DNA of 64,000 nucleotides from a virus, in the IMG/VR virus record IMGVR_UViG_3300025288_000012, positions 96,001-160,000 of that record. One strand, written 5' to 3'. The position numbers and the translations under genes were made by a program. Numbering within the stretch: the first letter of the stretch is position 1; the number at the start of each line of letters is the position of its first letter. The notes beneath the pieces are model-generated. The model saw only the letters and a list, made by a program, of their open reading frames with translations. It was not told where the DNA came from and made no database searches. Below are positions 63,850 through 64,000 of this stretch, in pieces.

Positions 63850-64000
63850 ATGGCAACCAAAGTCCCGTTAGTAATGCTGAAGAGCAAAGTCATAACACAG
63901 ATCGCCGCTAGTGGTCCTGGCCTTCTTGTAGCGTACAGCGATGGTACAACCAGCTCAGTAGGGTCCGTAGGTGGTTCTTCCGGTAGCTCAGGTGCTGCTT
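63850..64000 (+). CDS. Gly/Ser-rich tail fibre-type protein, truncated by the window end
   Basis: AAGGA RBS before ATG 63850. Frame is open to the edge. Confidence 0.6.
   Translation, partial: MATKVPLVMLKSKVITQIAASGPGLLVAYSDGTTSSVGSVGGSSGSSGAA

Noticed and set aside
1-64000. Alternative genetic code (stop-codon reassignment), as seen in some jumbo phages
   Set aside because: TAA, TAG and TGA all end genes at sensible boundaries, and conserved proteins are full length under the standard code.

Overview
This is a 64 kb segment of a large lytic contractile-tailed (jumbo myovirus-like) phage genome. Every gene I can support is on the + strand, and there is no sign of stop-codon recoding. Bases 1-21 kb form an early/replication block: an SbcC/gp46-like ATPase end, a GHKL ATPase with an HExxH tail, three histone-H1-like basic proteins (one with a huge acidic tail), a PC4-like ssDNA-binding protein, a two-subunit type IIA topoisomerase, an HNH protein, a probable sigma factor, DnaB helicase and an MmcB-like nuclease. 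Bases 21-45 kb hold packaging and head genes: terminase large subunit, probable portal, prohead protease, acidic scaffold-like protein, a probable head protein and the major capsid protein. Bases 46-64 kb hold the tail, baseplate and fibre module. There are five inteins: one in GyrB (HNH type), one in DnaB and three in TerL. The most striking unexplained pattern lies at 29.2-40.4 kb. About 14 ORFs there, including an NAD+-dependent DNA ligase and a type IB topoisomerase-like enzyme, share an N-terminal motif (MK-hydrophobic-x-hydrophobic-[S/A]-[L/T]-[S/A]). They surround the prohead protease gene and are interspersed with direct repeats and motif-only micro-ORFs. I infer a capsid-targeting cargo array for proteins packaged into the head. 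Other signals missed by the ORF track are an ATT start for DnaB, a -1 slippery site upstream of the tape-measure-like gene, and a duplicated promoter-plus-leader cassette. All protein assignments come from motif recognition by eye; no database searches were run.
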